This document shows, in pieces, positions 61,388-64,000 of a stretch of DNA of 64,000 nucleotides. A program made the position numbers and the translations under genes. The stretch is from an uncultured Methanoregulaceae archaeon. GTDB lineage: Archaea; Halobacteriota; Methanomicrobia; Methanomicrobiales; Methanospirillaceae. The notes under the pieces were generated by a model that searched no databases, was not told the DNA's origin, and worked only from the letters and a program-made list of their open reading frames with translations. Positions within the stretch are counted from its first letter, which is position 1, and each line of letters opens with the position of its first letter. The stretch is taken from assembly GCA_963717525.1 (NCBI GenBank), contig OY970343.1, forward strand, positions 1,792,001 to 1,856,000. Reading direction: 5' to 3'.

Positions 61388-62788
61388 ATGGCAGTGATCG
61401 ATCAAGAGAGGGTCAACCGGATCAAACAGGTTCTCAAATGGAACCCACGAGGCATGACCATCTCGGATCTCACCAAGAAGCTGCAGATTAACCGGAACCT
61501 TATCGCAAAAAACCTGGACATGCTGGTCATCTCCGGCCAGGTGGAGATGCAGCCCGTCGGTGCAGCAAAAGTGTACTTCCTGTCGCAGAGAGTGCCGGTC
61601 TCGTCAATGCTTGAGTTTTCATCCGATCTGGTGATCATGATCGATCGGGATCAGAAGATCATATTTGTCAACGAGCAGGTACCTGCCCTCCTTGACATGC
61701 ACCGGGAAGCACTCGTCGGGAACCGGATCGACGAGATCAACAACCAGTTCCTCCGGGATCTCTACCGGAGCGTACCGGACGAGGACCCCAAAGAGCGGCC
61801 CGGTAAAGAACAGGTTGCGGAGATGACCAGCCTTATAAAGGACGTACACAGGTATTTCCGCATAAAAAAAGTGCCTACAGCTTTTGAGGACGGGAGCCAG
61901 GGAGTCACGTTTATCATCGAAGACATCACCCCACAAAAAATGTACCACCAGATGCTTGAGATCAGCGAGGCGCGATACCGTGGCCTCATCATGTCATCCG
62001 GCGAGGCTATCATCGGGAGTGACCCCGACGGCCTGATCACCAGCTGGAATCCTGCAGCCACCCGGCTTTTAGGATATGAAGAGGCCGGGATCCTCCAGCA
62101 TCCCTTCAGCAAGCTTGTGCCGAAGAAGACCTATGGGGACCTTGAACGGCTTTTAGACGATATCCGACATGGCGAATGCATCCAGCGGCGCGAGCTGCAG
62201 ATGAAGCGCCACGACGATAAAGTGATCGATGCCCTGCTCACGATCTGCCCCATTAAGGACGAGAACGGGATCATCACGGGCACATCGTCGATTGTCCGGG
62301 ATATTACCTATGAGAATCGGGACAAACGTGCACGGGAGTATGAAGACCGGTACCGTACCCTTTTCGAGGATATGAGTGTGGGGGTGTACCGGAGTACAGG
62401 CGACCCCCGGGGCAGGTTTGTCTGGGGGAATCCCGCGCTCCTCCAGATACTGGGGTACGGATCGATGGAGGATCTTCGGGGGATTGATGTGACCGATGTC
62501 TTCTCTGAACCGGACGGACGGAGGCTGCTGCTCGATGAATTACACCGGAAGGGGTTTGTCAAAAACCGGATCCTCTCCCTGAAACGTACAGACAATACAC
62601 CGGTCACGGTCAGCGTCACGGCCCTCGCGGAATTTGACAAGGAGAATAACCTGGAGTTCATCAATGGGATCGTCCAGGATATCTCGGGGGTGGTGAACCC
62701 GGGGGCCGGCCAGACGAGTTTGTCTGGCGGAACCGGGGAGCTGCGTTCGGGCGGACCGGTGCTCATACCGCCGGAAGGACACACCTGA
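61388..62788 (+). CDS. Winged-HTH plus three-PAS one-component regulator
   Basis: N-terminal PRGMTISDL...NRN..AK.LD.L...G.V...G.AKVY wHTH, followed by PAS domains. Confidence 0.85.
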   Translation: MAVIDQERVNRIKQVLKWNPRGMTISDLTKKLQINRNLIAKNLDMLVISGQVEMQPVGAAKVYFLSQRVPVSSMLEFSSDLVIMIDRDQKIIFVNEQVPALLDMHREALVGNRIDEINNQFLRDLYRSVPDEDPKERPGKEQVAEMTSLIKDVHRYFRIKKVPTAFEDGSQGVTFIIEDITPQKMYHQMLEISEARYRGLIMSSGEAIIGSDPDGLITSWNPAATRLLGYEEAGILQHPFSKLVPKKTYGDLERLLDDIRHGECIQRRELQMKRHDDKVIDALLTICPIKDENGIITGTSSIVRDITYENRDKRAREYEDRYRTLFEDMSVGVYRSTGDPRGRFVWGNPALLQILGYGSMEDLRGIDVTDVFSEPDGRRLLLDELHRKGFVKNRILSLKRTDNTPVTVSVTALAEFDKENNLEFINGIVQDISGVVNPGAGQTSLSGGTGELRSGGPVLIPPEGHT

Positions 62789-62861
62789 TATCCCGTTGCA
62801 CACCTATCAAAATCTTACTATCGGATGTAAGCGAATAGCAGAATGAAAAGGCGGTTATCGC

Positions 62862-63752
62862 ATGCGCTATTATCTCGATACTACGACGCTTTTTGTCCGT
62901 GGCGCATTCCGCGCCGCAAGCACCGGGTTCGCCGGCGGCATCCGGAACGTCACCACCCTTTTTAATCACACGGTTCCCGCCGACTGGAACCATGCCGGCC
63001 CGGAAAAAGAGATTGCGCTGGTCACGGCGGCTGCCGGCACCGGGCCGGACGTGCTGGGGTTATTGACCGCAGTCCCAATCCGGCACCTCTGCGTGCTCCA
63101 GTACGATTTTGTCACGGTCTTTGTGACTGCCGGCATCAGTCAGAAGCAGTCAGAAGGTCCCGGCACCATCAACATCATCGCGTACAGCAGCGAGGGGATG
63201 GAAGATTCCGCGCTGCTCGAAACGATCATGGTCGCGAGCGAGGCCAAAGCCGAGGCCATGCTTGCTTTTGGGCGGGGCTCCGGTACCCCCACCGATGCCG
63301 TGATCGCCGCGTGCGAAGGGGAGGTAAAACACCGGTACTCCGGGCGGATCACGGAGCCGGGCCACCGGGTACGGGATGCGGTACTCAGGGGGGTGCCTGA
63401 AGCCCTCCGCCGTTTCGAAAGCGGGGCGACACACACGGAGCCTGCCTTTTTCATCTACAGCCGGTTCGAAGGCGGACACTGGGTGGAGTGGTCGCCGGTC
63501 AACTGCCCCTACTATCCCTGCCATTTCCCGAGGCAGTCCTGCGACTTCTGCTACTGCCCGTTCTACCCGTGCAAGGACGAATCACTCGGCGAATGGTCAA
63601 CAGGCACCACAAACGGCCGGGTCTGGAACTGTTCACGCTGTACCCTGCTGCACGAACCGGCAGTCGCGGACTACCTGAAATGTTATCCTGATGCCCCGCT
63701 CGAAGAGCTGGTTCGCTACAGAAAGAAACAAAAAAAGGAAGTTATTCCTTGA
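62862..63752 (+). CDS. cbiZ: Adenosylcobinamide amidohydrolase CbiZ fused to a Cys-rich small domain
   Basis: GTINI, EAKA and GTPTDAV, then CPYYPCHF...CDFCYCPFYPC...WNCSRC. Confidence 0.85.
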   Translation: MRYYLDTTTLFVRGAFRAASTGFAGGIRNVTTLFNHTVPADWNHAGPEKEIALVTAAAGTGPDVLGLLTAVPIRHLCVLQYDFVTVFVTAGISQKQSEGPGTINIIAYSSEGMEDSALLETIMVASEAKAEAMLAFGRGSGTPTDAVIAACEGEVKHRYSGRITEPGHRVRDAVLRGVPEALRRFESGATHTEPAFFIYSRFEGGHWVEWSPVNCPYYPCHFPRQSCDFCYCPFYPCKDESLGEWSTGTTNGRVWNCSRCTLLHEPAVADYLKCYPDAPLEELVRYRKKQKKEVIP

Positions 63753-63936
63753 TCCCGAGAGCCTTCAGGAGCTCGGGGAGAGGGATGCCATGTGCCTCGG
63801 CGGCCTCACGAATGGTCTCGCCGCGGGCGATGGCGCATCCGACACATCCCATTCCGAACTTGAAGAGGGCCTCGGTGGATTCCGGTTTTGCCTGGAGAAG
63901 ATCGTAGATCGTAGAGTCTGCGGTTAATTCAGCCAT
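63742..63936 (-). CDS. DUF1858 domain protein
   Basis: GMGCVGC.IA.GETI.EAA..HGI. Confidence 0.88.
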   Translation of the reverse strand: MAELTADSTIYDLLQAKPESTEALFKFGMGCVGCAIARGETIREAAEAHGIPLPELLKALGIKE

Positions 63937-64000
63937 ACTACACTTAGTTCCCGTGCGGGGACATAAACCTCACCATCGCGGCGACAGATGCGTAAACATG

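Overview
This is a chromosomal window from a methanogenic archaeon of the Methanomicrobiales, probably Methanoregula-like. That assignment is inferred from gene content and protein style. Most of the window is housekeeping: glmS/aglB glycosylation genes, the eIF2-gamma/rpoE/spt4/rps24e/rps27ae/kae1-bud32/rdgB/rpl40e cluster, tRNA-Gly and tRNA-Val, a full trpEGDCFBA operon, a porBACD-type operon, thermosome, tiaS, deoxyhypusine synthase and pyrF. There are two accessory regions. (1) A 3,963-bp AT-rich cargo transposon (42962-46924) has 22/24-bp terminal inverted repeats, a perfect 20-bp subterminal inverted repeat and an 8-bp target duplication. It is inserted in the thermosome promoter and encodes a SWIM/Zn-ribbon IS6-like DDE transposase, a divergent AbrB-like regulator with five operator-like boxes, a divergent proteasome-beta-like Ntn hydrolase and a membrane protein. 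(2) A type IIG restriction-modification gene has an AT-rich specificity segment and is followed by a DUF6978-like/DUF1828-DUF1829 gene pair and a stranded copy of the RM gene's own 3' end. Other highlights are a Trp-Trp leader mini-ORF and TRP-box-like operator upstream of trpE, a Cc1-like chromatin protein and a stand-alone NrdD glycyl-radical domain. About 13 frameshifts, many in essential genes, cluster at GTAC and are probably a methylation-linked sequencing-error signature rather than real pseudogenes.
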